From contig JAGVWO010000001.1 of NCBI GenBank assembly GCA_018304245.1, positions 1 through 37,400 on the forward strand: 37,400 nt of DNA, in the 5' to 3' direction. This document shows positions 1 to 8,811 of this stretch, piece by piece. Every line of letters starts with the position of its first letter. Within the stretch, counting starts at the first letter, position 1. The notes beneath the pieces were generated by a model that saw nothing but the letters and a program-made list of their open reading frames with translations, did no database searches and was not told the DNA's origin. This DNA is from Candidatus Pacearchaeota archaeon (GTDB taxonomy: Archaea > Nanobdellota > Nanobdellia > Pacearchaeales > UBA284). Position numbers and translations under genes: made by a program.

Positions 1-318
1 TAATATTTGATTATTTTTTATATTTAAATACATATCATTATTATTTTTTTGAGTAGTTATTTCACCAGTAATATTAGCCTTAGTTGCTGTCATTGTTCCA
101 TCTTGTGTTACACTAAAAGGTAGATTATTAGAACCATCTGTTATATAATCTCCACCTGCCCATATTCTTACAGAGTCATCATTTGTACCAGTATTACTAA
201 TACCTGCATTTCCAACATCAATATATTCGAAATCGATACCATTTTCTTTAAGCCAATCAGTCATCTTATGACACCAAGGGCACATTTGGGTCCCATATAC
301 AATAATTGTTTTTGTCAT
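1..318 (-). CDS. Partial CDS (C-terminus runs off the left edge). The N-terminus is glutaredoxin/NrdH-like with a CPWC motif. It continues into a non-glutaredoxin, phage-tail-fibre-like segment.
   Basis: Absent from the ORF track because it runs off the edge. My minus-strand translation from the ATG at 318-316 gives MTKTIIVYGTQMCPWCHKMTDWLKENGIDFEYIDVGNAGISNTGTNDDSVRIWAGGDYITDGSNNLPFSVTQDGTMTATKANITGEITTQKNNNDMYLNIKNNQIL... The first 35 aa or so have the beta-alpha-beta CxxC layout of small glutaredoxins. The rest does not. Confidence 0.45.
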   Translation of the reverse strand, partial: MTKTIIVYGTQMCPWCHKMTDWLKENGIDFEYIDVGNAGISNTGTNDDSVRIWAGGDYITDGSNNLPFSVTQDGTMTATKANITGEITTQKNNNDMYLNIKNNQIL

Positions 319-349
319 ATTTCTTATTGGATTTTTCGATATTTAAATA

Positions 350-1363
350 TTATCCAATTTTATTTTTTAACAGGTTTTCCATTTCTGAATCATTTAATTT
401 AATACTGATTTTCTCTTTATTTTTTTCATCTTTCCAATAATCAATTAAGATATTTTTCTCTGGACTTTTGGAATAATAAGCAGTAAATTTTGCAGCAATT
501 TCAATCTCCCCCTTTTTAGGTTTTTCATTTTTTAAAAGCACCACTGGACTACTTGCTCCGATGATATGGAATAAATATTCTTTTGATTTTTTCAATAAGA
601 AGAGTTTTTCATTTTCTTCTTTATTTCTACCAACAATAAATTTTGTTTTTCCCACTCGAAAGTGTCTCCCTATTTTAAGGAGAGTTAGCTCATTAAAATC
701 TATTTCTGAAATTTTTCTATACTCAAATAAATCTAAAAGTTTTGCTTTAATTGTTTTTTCGCAAAGTAAGCATCCGCCAGCAGGACTTGGATATTCAGTT
801 ATATTATATCTTAGGGCTAATCCAAATTGTTCTTTTCGTTGTCTCCCATGGATAGCCAGTAGCTGGTTTGGATTAACTAAAAATTTTTTTACAATATCTG
901 TTTCTGGGAGGACTTTTGCACTCAAGGGCCTTAATAATTTCCCCTTCAAACCAGATTCTGCTTCGATTATTTTTAAATTATTATATGTTTGACTCATTGG
1001 TCGTTCATCTAAAACCTCCCCAGTAATAATGAAATCAAATTTTTCTTTTTTCATAACTTTTGCAGCTTCTTTTAACATGAAAATCTTGCAATCAATACAG
1101 GGATTTAGTCCCGCACCATAACCGTGTTTTGGTTTTTTCAAGATATTTAGATAATTTTTATTTGAACTTAAATCTACAACAATTAATTTTATTCCAAGTT
1201 TGCTTGCAGATTCTATTGCTTTATCATTTGGAAAAAAAGGAGTTGTAAAATTTATTGCAGTTACTTCTATTTCTTGTTCTTGGATTAGTTTAATTGCAAG
1301 AATACTATCTAAACCTCCAGAAAACATTGCTAATGCGCGTATTTTTTTGTTTTTAGCCACCAT
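350..1363 (-). CDS. PP-loop ATP pyrophosphatase (adenine nucleotide alpha-hydrolase superfamily), ThiI/MnmA-like tRNA sulfurtransferase candidate
   Basis: N-terminal SGGLDS PP-loop motif. It also has NPCIDCKIFMLKEAAK, ITGEVLDERPMSQ and LLRPLSAK, which resemble ThiI/MnmA-type thiolation enzymes. It lies next to the ISC genes. Confidence 0.6.
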   Translation of the reverse strand: MVAKNKKIRALAMFSGGLDSILAIKLIQEQEIEVTAINFTTPFFPNDKAIESASKLGIKLIVVDLSSNKNYLNILKKPKHGYGAGLNPCIDCKIFMLKEAAKVMKKEKFDFIITGEVLDERPMSQTYNNLKIIEAESGLKGKLLRPLSAKVLPETDIVKKFLVNPNQLLAIHGRQRKEQFGLALRYNITEYPSPAGGCLLCEKTIKAKLLDLFEYRKISEIDFNELTLLKIGRHFRVGKTKFIVGRNKEENEKLFLLKKSKEYLFHIIGASSPVVLLKNEKPKKGEIEIAAKFTAYYSKSPEKNILIDYWKDEKNKEKISIKLNDSEMENLLKNKIG

Positions 1364-1413
1364 AGTTATGCTAAACAGACAACCTTTAAATATGTTAATT
1401 TCAGTTTAATTTT

Positions 1414-1872
1414 ATGAAAAAACCAAAAGCAATTGTTATTTATTATTCGAGAACAGGCAATACACAAAAGATTGCTAAAGTATTTGCAAGAACCTTAAAA
1501 TGTAAATTTTTAAATATAAAAGAAAATCCAAAAATAAATTTAGATAAATATAATTTGATTTTTATCGGATCCGGTATTTATGGGATGAAAATTTCTGCAG
1601 AAATAGAAAATTTTATTCAAAAATTAAAAAATAAAGATATGAATGAAAAGAAATATGTTGTCTTTGGTACCTATGGTGGATCAAAAAGGGGAATTAAAGT
1701 AATGAAAGAAATATTAGAACATAAAAACGCAAAAGTAATCGGGCAGTTTGGTTGTAAGGGGCATGATGATTTTTGGCTTTTTAAAATATTTAATGTTAAT
1801 CGAGGAAGACCAGATAAACATGATTTGTTTGAGGCAAAGGAATTTGCCCAATTTATTCTAAAAATCTTCTAA
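1414..1872 (+). CDS. Flavodoxin-like protein
   Basis: The N-terminus IVIYYSRTGNTQKIAK is the flavodoxin FMN phosphate-binding loop pattern. The size is about 150 aa. Confidence 0.7.
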   Translation: MKKPKAIVIYYSRTGNTQKIAKVFARTLKCKFLNIKENPKINLDKYNLIFIGSGIYGMKISAEIENFIQKLKNKDMNEKKYVVFGTYGGSKRGIKVMKEILEHKNAKVIGQFGCKGHDDFWLFKIFNVNRGRPDKHDLFEAKEFAQFILKIF

Positions 1873-1889
1873 TCCAACTAGAATAACAA

Positions 1890-2297
1890 TCATACCTTAT
1901 TTTTCTTTTTATAATTCCTAATCGCTTCATGCAATGCGTCTGCTGCGAGATTTGAACAATGTTCTTTTATTGGAGGTAAGGAATCAAGCGACTTAGAAAC
2001 ATCCTTTCTTGTAATTTTACTTGCTTCATCCAGGGTTTTGCCCTTTGCCAATTCTGTAATCATACTAGATGTTGCAATTGCTGCAGCGCACCCCAGTGTT
2101 TGGAATTTGATATCCTTAATAATTTCTTTCCCTTTATTTTTTCCGCTAGTTGATTTAGCAATTTTAATATAAACTTTCATAACATCTCCACAAATCCTAT
2201 TCCCTACTTGCCCAACACCATCTGCATTTTTTATTTCACCAACATTTCTTGGTTTTGTGAAGTGTTCAATAACTTTTTCAGAATAAACAATCGACAT
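1890..2297 (-). CDS. iscU: Fe-S cluster scaffold protein IscU/NifU-like
   Basis: HFTKPRNVGEI, GNRICGDVMKVYI, FQTLGCAAAIATSS and IKEHCSNLAADAL contain the three conserved scaffold Cys. I prefer the start at MSIVYSEK (ATG at 2297). The ORF-track start at 2327 would overlap the upstream gene. Confidence 0.85.
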   Translation of the reverse strand: MSIVYSEKVIEHFTKPRNVGEIKNADGVGQVGNRICGDVMKVYIKIAKSTSGKNKGKEIIKDIKFQTLGCAAAIATSSMITELAKGKTLDEASKITRKDVSKSLDSLPPIKEHCSNLAADALHEAIRNYKKKNKV

Positions 2298-2319
2298 TTT
2301 ATTTGTTTTAGGTTTAAAT

Positions 2320-2943
2320 TTATACAATTTTTTTTAATTGCCTTATATCTTTAAGAATAAATTTTTCCCTTCTCTTTTTCAAAATATTTTTATCAAAACC
2401 ACATTCTAAAACAACATAATATGCACATTTTGCCTTTTTCCCAATAGATATATCATGGACTTTATCTCCAACATATATAATTTCTTTTGTCTTAATATTA
2501 TTCTTTTTAGCTAAGGAAACTATTAATTGGTCTTTTGTATCGAAATCATCTGCACAATATACCTCATCAAAGAAATTTAAAATCCTTATTTTTTTAAGTA
2601 AAGCAATAATTATCCTTCTTATGGTGTTTGTTAATAAAATAACTTTTATTTTTTTAGTTTTTTTGAAATATTTCAAGGTTTCTTTGATATACGGACAGGG
2701 CTTTACCTTGTTTATTTTTTTCATAATTTGTTCATGTACCTCATGTCTAATCTTTCCATGGGCATCTGTCACACCAAGATTTTGAAAAGTCATTTGAAGT
2801 TTTGGTCCAAGTTTTTTTTCAATTGTTTCAATATCGAAGAAGAGTCTATGTTTATCCAATGCCTGTTTAATGGATGAAATCCAGATTTTTTTAGTATCTG
2901 CCAAGGTTCCGTCAAAATCAAATATAATCGCTTTTATTGTCAT
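2320..2943 (-). CDS. HAD-superfamily hydrolase (phosphoglycolate phosphatase-like)
   Basis: HAD motif I (IIFDFDGTLADT), a downstream LLTN and a YVGDKVHDI motif. Confidence 0.75.
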   Translation of the reverse strand: MTIKAIIFDFDGTLADTKKIWISSIKQALDKHRLFFDIETIEKKLGPKLQMTFQNLGVTDAHGKIRHEVHEQIMKKINKVKPCPYIKETLKYFKKTKKIKVILLTNTIRRIIIALLKKIRILNFFDEVYCADDFDTKDQLIVSLAKKNNIKTKEIIYVGDKVHDISIGKKAKCAYYVVLECGFDKNILKKRREKFILKDIRQLKKIV

Positions 2944-2956
2944 TTTATATATTATG

Positions 2957-3223
2957 TTAGTTTTTACCCTTTTTTACCTTTTGGTTTAGTTCTTTTATTA
3001 AATTTTCAACATTAATCCCATGTCCATCGGCTCCTTGTTCAATTGTTTCAGATATTGCAAAAGGACAACCAATACATGATAAACCGTGTTTAAGAAAAAC
3101 CGGAACAATTTCAGGATGTTTATTTATCGCTTCAGCTATTGTTTGGTGTTTATTTATAATATCTTTTTCTATTTTTTTAGTTTTTATTATATTCTTTTTG
3201 TTTACCATTTTAAATATTACCAC
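2957..3223 (-). CDS. DUF1858-type small redox-disulfide protein (hybrid-cluster-protein-associated family)
   Basis: TIAEAINKHPEIVPVFLKHGLSCIGCPFAISETIEQGADGHGINVENLIKELN matches the CxGC core and layout of this family. Confidence 0.6.
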   Translation of the reverse strand: MVIFKMVNKKNIIKTKKIEKDIINKHQTIAEAINKHPEIVPVFLKHGLSCIGCPFAISETIEQGADGHGINVENLIKELNQKVKKGKN

Positions 3224-4392
3224 TTCCCAAAAGGGCTAATTTTCCTCAATGATTGAACTATTTTTTTTAACTCATCAACAACAAAGTTCATGTCTTCTTT
3301 TGTAGTGGATTTTCCCATCGTTATTCTTAATGAACCGTGGGCTAATTCTGGTTTTAATCCAATTGCCGTTAAAACATGGCTTGGTTTTAATGAATGGCTT
3401 GAACATGCACTTCCAGTACTTACAGCAATTCCCTTTCCATCTAGTCTAATAAGGAGTGCTTCACCCTCCACACCTTCAAAATAAAAATGAATATTATTTG
3501 CAAGCCTTTTTGTAGGATGACCATTTAAATGACTTTTTGGTATTTCTTCTAATATTCTTTTTATTACATTATCTCTTAATTCTTTAAGTCTTTTATTTTC
3601 TTTTTCCATATCTTTATCCATTAAGTATAGGGCTTTTGAAAATCCGACAATGCCCGGAACATTTTCTGTTCCACTCCTAAGATGAAATTCATGACCACCA
3701 CCATGTTGAATCCCTTCTATTTTGACGTCCTGATTAATATAAAGGAGCCCAATTCCTTTTGGACCGTAAATTTTATGTCCAGAAGCACTCAATAAATCTA
3801 TATTCATTTTTTTGATATCTATTTTTTCTTTTCCAAGTCCTTGAACAGCATCTGTATGAAAATATACCTTGTGTTTTTGTTTTTTACAGATTTTTCCAAT
3901 TTCTTCAATTGGTTGAATTGTTCCGATTTCATTATTTGCAAACATAATCGAAACAAGAATTGTTTTTTCAGTAATTGCTTGTTCTAATTCTCTTAAATTA
4001 ATTAATCCGTCTTTATCAACGTTCAAAAAAGTAATATTAAACCCATTTTTTTCAAGCCATAAGCATGGTTCTTCAATTGCGGGATGTTCTATTTTTGTCG
4101 TAATAATGTGGTTTCCTAGATTTTTGTTTGCATAAGCAATACCTTTTATGGCAAGATTATTTGATTCTGTCCCACCAGATGTAAAGATTATCTCATTTGG
4201 TCGTGCATTTATCATTTTAGCAACTTTCTTTCTAGAATCTTCAAGAGATTCTCTAGCTTCTCTTCCGAACGAATGTAAGGAACCAGCATTGCCAAATTTT
4301 TCAGAAAAATAAGGTTGCATTGCCTGCAAAACCTCTGGTGCAACAGGCGTAGTTGCTGCATGATCTAAATATATCTTTTTTTGTTGTGTCAT
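3217..4392 (-). CDS. iscS: Cysteine desulfurase (NifS/IscS class)
   Basis: YLDHAATTP, the PLP-lysine context SASGHKIYGPKGIGLLY and the active-site loop STGSACSS. The start is taken at MTQQKK (ATG at 4392) to avoid overlapping the upstream ORF. Confidence 0.9.
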   Translation of the reverse strand: MTQQKKIYLDHAATTPVAPEVLQAMQPYFSEKFGNAGSLHSFGREARESLEDSRKKVAKMINARPNEIIFTSGGTESNNLAIKGIAYANKNLGNHIITTKIEHPAIEEPCLWLEKNGFNITFLNVDKDGLINLRELEQAITEKTILVSIMFANNEIGTIQPIEEIGKICKKQKHKVYFHTDAVQGLGKEKIDIKKMNIDLLSASGHKIYGPKGIGLLYINQDVKIEGIQHGGGHEFHLRSGTENVPGIVGFSKALYLMDKDMEKENKRLKELRDNVIKRILEEIPKSHLNGHPTKRLANNIHFYFEGVEGEALLIRLDGKGIAVSTGSACSSHSLKPSHVLTAIGLKPELAHGSLRITMGKSTTKEDMNFVVDELKKIVQSLRKISPFGKW

Positions 4393-4394
4393 TT

Positions 4395-4724
4395 TTATTT
4401 CCAATAAAAATATTTATCAATTATCTTCTTAATCTTAATTATGTTTCTTGTTCTAAATACCAAAACAATTCTATCTTTTCCAAAAAATATTTCTAAGTCG
4501 ATAGTCTTATTTTCAGCATGAATGAAATAATCATTTAAAAGAGTTATTTTTTTCTCTTTGTCTGTATGGACATCAGTCATAAATTCATGTAATGGATATA
4601 TTTTAAGTTCAGATAAAATTTCTCGTAAGATAGGAATTGCCATTTGTTTTTTGTCAAATTTTATATGGAAAAAATCTTTTTCTTGACTAAATCCAAATAG
4701 TTTGAGCTTCTTTATTTTTATCAT
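4395..4724 (-). CDS. Hypothetical protein, 109 aa
   Basis: An ORF packed tightly between the HTH regulator and iscS on the same strand. I recognise no motif. Confidence 0.45.
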   Translation of the reverse strand: MIKIKKLKLFGFSQEKDFFHIKFDKKQMAIPILREILSELKIYPLHEFMTDVHTDKEKKITLLNDYFIHAENKTIDLEIFFGKDRIVLVFRTRNIIKIKKIIDKYFYWK

Positions 4725-4730
4725 TTTTAT

Positions 4731-5096
4731 TTAGTATTTTTTATCTCCCTTACATATATCCAGTATTCCTTTATTATATTTTTTGCATGCTTCGCACGCA
4801 AAACCTTTTTCTTTTGCCACCTTAACTAATCGTAAAATTTCACTTAATCCAATGCTATTATTGTCTGCAATTTTGTCAGCTGATTTTTTTATTTCATTAA
4901 CCATCTCTTTATTCATTTTAAGTTTTTCTGCACGTTTTTTGTTAAGATATTGTGAAACAGCTGCTTTGCTCACCCCAATGATACTTCCTGTTTTTTCTAA
5001 GGTTAATTTATGGTTTTTTACAAGCTCTGTAGCAAGATATTTTCTGATTGTTGGGATAATATACCACACTTCAACTTCTTGAGGTAATAAATACAT
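4731..5096 (-). CDS. HTH transcriptional regulator (archaeal COG2522-like) with a C-terminal Cys triad
   Basis: LPQEVEVWYIIPTIRKYLA...LEKTGSIIGVSKAAVSQYLNKKRA is an HTH signature. The C-terminus GFACEACKKYNKGILDIC follows C-x2-C-x10-C. It is the first gene of the minus-strand ISC array. Confidence 0.6.
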   Translation of the reverse strand: MYLLPQEVEVWYIIPTIRKYLATELVKNHKLTLEKTGSIIGVSKAAVSQYLNKKRAEKLKMNKEMVNEIKKSADKIADNNSIGLSEILRLVKVAKEKGFACEACKKYNKGILDICKGDKKY

Positions 5097-5141
5097 TTTT
5101 ATTAATTTCTCCTAAAAAGTTAACAATATTTAACTTTTTAA

Positions 5142-5849
5142 ATGTTTCTGAGAAATCTTTATAATCTTAGGGTTATTAAGTATACAATGAACAAATATAT
5201 TCAGAATATTTCTAGCGAAATGCGGCTTCTTGCAAAACATTTCAATTATTCAGAGAGAACAACATTAAATCGAATGAGGTGCAATAAAGAAGATCCATTT
5301 AGAATTCTTGTTAGTTGTTTGCTTAGTTTAAGAACACAGGATAAAAATACAGAAAAAGCAAGTAATATGCTTTTTGCAGAAGCAGATATGCCAAGAAAAA
5401 TAATTGCTTTACCAATGAAAAAACTTGAAAAATTAATTTATAGTTCTGGCCATTATAAAAAGAAATCAAGAGTTTTAAAATCAGTTTCAAAAGAAATTCT
5501 AACAAGATTTAATGGAAAAGTTCCAAACACCGAAGAAGAATTACTTTCGATTAAAGGGGTAGGAAGAAAGACGGCCAATATTGTTTTATCATTTGCATTC
5601 TGCCAACAAGTTCTACCAATCGATACCCATTGCCATAGGATTCCAAACAGGCTTGGCTGGGTTAAAACAAAAACACCAGAGAAAACAGAATTTGCATTAA
5701 GAGAGATTCTTCCAAAGAAATACTGGATGGAATTTAATGGAATTTTTGTACTATTCGGAAAAACAATATGTCAGCCAATTTCTCCTTGGTGTTCTAAATG
5801 TCCAATACAAAAATATTGTCCGAGAATTAATGTCAAGAGAAGTCGGTAA
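5142..5849 (+). CDS. nth: Endonuclease III (HhH-GPD DNA glycosylase with an Fe-S cluster loop)
   Basis: HhH motif LLSIKGVGRKTANIVL, a catalytic-region D in PIDTHCHRI, and the C-terminal cluster CQPISPWCSKCPIQKYC (C-x6-C-x2-C-x5-C). The true start may be the internal MNKYIQ (5187). Confidence 0.85.
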   Translation: MFLRNLYNLRVIKYTMNKYIQNISSEMRLLAKHFNYSERTTLNRMRCNKEDPFRILVSCLLSLRTQDKNTEKASNMLFAEADMPRKIIALPMKKLEKLIYSSGHYKKKSRVLKSVSKEILTRFNGKVPNTEEELLSIKGVGRKTANIVLSFAFCQQVLPIDTHCHRIPNRLGWVKTKTPEKTEFALREILPKKYWMEFNGIFVLFGKTICQPISPWCSKCPIQKYCPRINVKRSR

Positions 5850-5859
5850 TTATTTTTAA

Positions 5860-7353
5860 TTATCCGCAACTTGCTTCACTAGATGTACTTGAACCTGTTC
5901 CGAAACCTGCTGAAGGGTTTGTTGTTGAAAAAGTCAATGAGCATTCACTTGGTTTGTTGCTTGTAAATGCGTCACATAATGCTTTTGCGACAGTTGTTGG
6001 GTCTCTTGGATAAATGCTTGCTTCTTTGCCATCAAGTATAACTGTTGGAGAACCTTGAACACCATATTTTGTGTTTAATTCTTTATCTGCTTTCATATAT
6101 TCTGCTACTCTTAAATCCATGCATGAATCTAATTTTGATTTATCAAGACCAACCTGGGTAATACATTTTTGTGAGTCTGCTTCACTTCCGGTATTTGAAA
6201 CAAAGCATTCTAAATATGGAATCAATTTTGAATTTTGTTCTTCTCTTACGCAAATCATTCTATTATTGTCTAAATCTTCTTGAGCTCCGTGCATAGTATA
6301 ACCAACAAATCTAACTTCAATATTTGCTTTTCCTTTGAATTTCTCCATTACAGGTAAGATTCCTTTAACCATCTGTGTTCCAAATGGACAATGACTCATT
6401 ATGAAAACCTGCATCGTTGGAGCACCTGAAATGTATCCCTGATTTGAAGAAGCTATTTTTTCTGTAAATTTGTTTTCAAGTTTTAATTTAATAATAATTT
6501 TTTCTCCAGCATATGGAACATTTGCATCAACATATATCTGATTAGTAGAGAATCCAACAACTCTCCCACCAGCATATCCAAAATCAATATTTTGTCCGAT
6601 TATTGGAGTTAATTTAAGATAAATGTTCTTTGAATCAACAGTAACATCCCAGTTTCCATTTTCACTTGGGATAACGGTATTATTTGCTTGCATTTCTAAT
6701 GAAATTTCAGTTATATTAACAGAAGTTACTTTTAATGGGAATAAAGAATTTGGAACAGTTGCCCCAACATTAATTTCCCTACTTAATTCAACTTGATCAT
6801 TTGCAGAACTCAGAACCTTGTATTGAAATGGGTCGGAGTCTAATGAATATGTTCTTCCAACAATTGGTTGTTCATCAAATGCATCTGTAAAATCACTTAA
6901 TCCTATTGTAATTGTTCTTGGAATGGTTCTCTTTCTTTCCATTTCTTGGGTCCTATTTATACTCATATTTAATTCAGGATCATATTCACCAAATGCATCT
7001 TCTGCACTCAAGGTAATTGTTTTTTCCTGACCAATTGCAAGAGAATCAATTTCAGAATCAATTGTTTTGGAATTTAATCCAAGTGTTGATGAAAAAGAAT
7101 CTTCGTTAAATATTGAATTTTCCGTTAAGATACTTGTACCATCTGCTAATTCAAGAGAATAAGAAACATTATATTTTTCTATGCTTTGACTTGGTTTGAA
7201 GGCTATAAATAATAATATTATTGCTACAATAACGAGTAGGATTAATCCTCCAAAAATAAAAAGATTTTTTTTATTTACTCTTTTTTTGTGATGAACTTCA
7301 TGAAATTGATGATGTTCTGCATGTTCATGGTGTTCTGTATGTCCCTCTTCCAT
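5860..7353 (-). CDS. Membrane-anchored extracytoplasmic folding-factor candidate. It has a His-rich N-terminal head, one TM helix, an FKBP/SlyD-like segment and a C-terminal thioredoxin-fold (DsbA/GILT-like) domain with a CPFG motif.
   Basis: The N-terminus MEEGHTEHHEHAEHHQFHEVHHKK is followed by KKRVNKKN and then the TM LFIFGGLILLVIVAIILLFIAF. GQEKTITLSAEDAFGEYDPEL is FKBP-like. MSHCPFGTQMVKGILPVMEKF...GVQGSPTVILDG is thioredoxin-fold-like. Confidence 0.5.
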   Translation of the reverse strand: MEEGHTEHHEHAEHHQFHEVHHKKRVNKKNLFIFGGLILLVIVAIILLFIAFKPSQSIEKYNVSYSLELADGTSILTENSIFNEDSFSSTLGLNSKTIDSEIDSLAIGQEKTITLSAEDAFGEYDPELNMSINRTQEMERKRTIPRTITIGLSDFTDAFDEQPIVGRTYSLDSDPFQYKVLSSANDQVELSREINVGATVPNSLFPLKVTSVNITEISLEMQANNTVIPSENGNWDVTVDSKNIYLKLTPIIGQNIDFGYAGGRVVGFSTNQIYVDANVPYAGEKIIIKLKLENKFTEKIASSNQGYISGAPTMQVFIMSHCPFGTQMVKGILPVMEKFKGKANIEVRFVGYTMHGAQEDLDNNRMICVREEQNSKLIPYLECFVSNTGSEADSQKCITQVGLDKSKLDSCMDLRVAEYMKADKELNTKYGVQGSPTVILDGKEASIYPRDPTTVAKALCDAFTSNKPSECSLTFSTTNPSAGFGTGSSTSSEASCG

Positions 7354-7472
7354 TTTAGTTTAATAAAAATGTGCTTTAAAAATGTTTCTCAAATTTATTT
7401 TAAATTAATAAAAAATTAAAAATAAATTTATAAAGAAGGATTTCCTAAATAAAGAATAAAAAAGAGGTAACA

Positions 7473-8801
7473 ATGCCAGAAGATATAATTATTGGAAGAG
7501 ATGCATCTGATAAAAAGAAATTTGGAGATGAAGGTTTAATTTATCTCGGGAAACACTATGTCAAGATGGGCCAGCTTACTAGTCTTAGTAATCGAGTTAT
7601 GATGGACATTGCAAGGAGCCATGTTGTTTTAGTTTCTGGTAAAAGGGGCAGTGGAAAATCATATTCCTTAGGAGTTATCGCAGAAGAAATTACAAATCTC
7701 CCAGAAGAAGTTGCTAAAAATATTTCTGTTTTGATTTTTGATACAATGGGAATTTTTTGGACAATGGCATATAAAAATGAAAAAGAATCAGAATTAAGAA
7801 AAGATTGGAATGTAGATGCGAAAACACTTCCAATTCAGGTTTTAATTCCACACGGCCATTTCGAAAAATTTAAGGAAAAGGGGATTCATGCAGATGTTGC
7901 ATTCGCCTTAAATGTTCATGACATGACTGCAGATGATTGGATAATTACATTTAACCTAGATTTTATTTCTCCAGTTGGCATTGCAATTCAAAGAGCAGTA
8001 ACAAGATTAACAGAACAATATGAAGATAATTTAATAAAACGATTTGATTTATCAGATATTATTGCAACAATTAAAATTGATCCTAATGCGACATCAGAAA
8101 CAAAAAATGCTGCAATAAATTTATTCGAAGGTGCACAAACATGGGGATTATTTGCAACAAAAAAACAAGAAGGAACATCTGTACAAGAGATTATCAAAGC
8201 AGGGACAACTTCTATTTTAGATTTAAGTGTCTATTCTAGCATAGGGAGTTTTAATGTTAGGGCATTAGTCATCGGTTTGCTTTCAAAAAAAATATTTACT
8301 GAAAGGATGGCTGCAAGAAAAGAAGAAGAAGTTCAGGCAGTTCAACACGGATTAGATTATTTGTACTATAAAGAAAAAAGAGTTATGCCGATGGCTTGGT
8401 TATTAATTGATGAAGCCCATGAATTCTTGCCATTAAATGGAAAAACACCTGCAACAGATGCACTTATTCAATTGCTCAGAGAAGGAAGGCAACCTGGTGT
8501 TTCTTTAGTTCTTGCAACACAACAACCAGGACAAATTCATCACGATGTTATGACTCAATCAGATATTGTAATTTCCCATAGAGTTACGGCCAAACCAGAT
8601 GTAGATGCATTAAATTATATTATGCAGAGTTATTTATTTGCAGATATTAAATCTCAATTAGATAATTTACCAAGATTAAAGGGTTCTGCAATAATTCTTG
8701 ATGATAATTCTGAAAGACTTTATCCAATGAGGGTCAGACCAAGATTCACATGGCATGGTGGAGAAGCACCTACAGCAATTAAAGTAAAGAAGAGAGTATA
8801 G
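7473..8801 (+). CDS. HerA/FtsK-superfamily P-loop ATPase (DUF87/COG0433-like)
   Basis: Walker A (VSGKRGSGKSYSLG), Walker B (WLLIDEAHEF), LATQQPGQI...SDIVISHRV, and the C-terminal RVRPRFTWHGGE typical of HerA-like ATPases. No nurA, mre11 or rad50 is adjacent. Confidence 0.75.
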   Translation: MPEDIIIGRDASDKKKFGDEGLIYLGKHYVKMGQLTSLSNRVMMDIARSHVVLVSGKRGSGKSYSLGVIAEEITNLPEEVAKNISVLIFDTMGIFWTMAYKNEKESELRKDWNVDAKTLPIQVLIPHGHFEKFKEKGIHADVAFALNVHDMTADDWIITFNLDFISPVGIAIQRAVTRLTEQYEDNLIKRFDLSDIIATIKIDPNATSETKNAAINLFEGAQTWGLFATKKQEGTSVQEIIKAGTTSILDLSVYSSIGSFNVRALVIGLLSKKIFTERMAARKEEEVQAVQHGLDYLYYKEKRVMPMAWLLIDEAHEFLPLNGKTPATDALIQLLREGRQPGVSLVLATQQPGQIHHDVMTQSDIVISHRVTAKPDVDALNYIMQSYLFADIKSQLDNLPRLKGSAIILDDNSERLYPMRVRPRFTWHGGEAPTAIKVKKRV

Positions 8802-8811
8802 ACAAAATAAA

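Noticed and set aside
561-992. A 143-aa plus-strand ORF, together with 1200-1409 (+), lying antisense to the PP-loop ATPase gene
   Set aside because: These are shadow ORFs. Their composition is low-complexity (S/F/L-rich) and they have no motifs, whereas the opposite strand carries a clear SGGLDS PP-loop protein. The same reasoning rejects the antisense ORFs at 3290-3484, 4783-5082, 5323-5505, 6071-6283 and 7988-8197.
7473-8801. Annotating the ATPase as the canonical HerA of the HerA-NurA-Mre11-Rad50 end-resection system
   Set aside because: No nurA, mre11 or rad50 is adjacent. Upstream is a divergent foldase-like gene and downstream are pilin-like genes. Only the superfamily assignment is supported.
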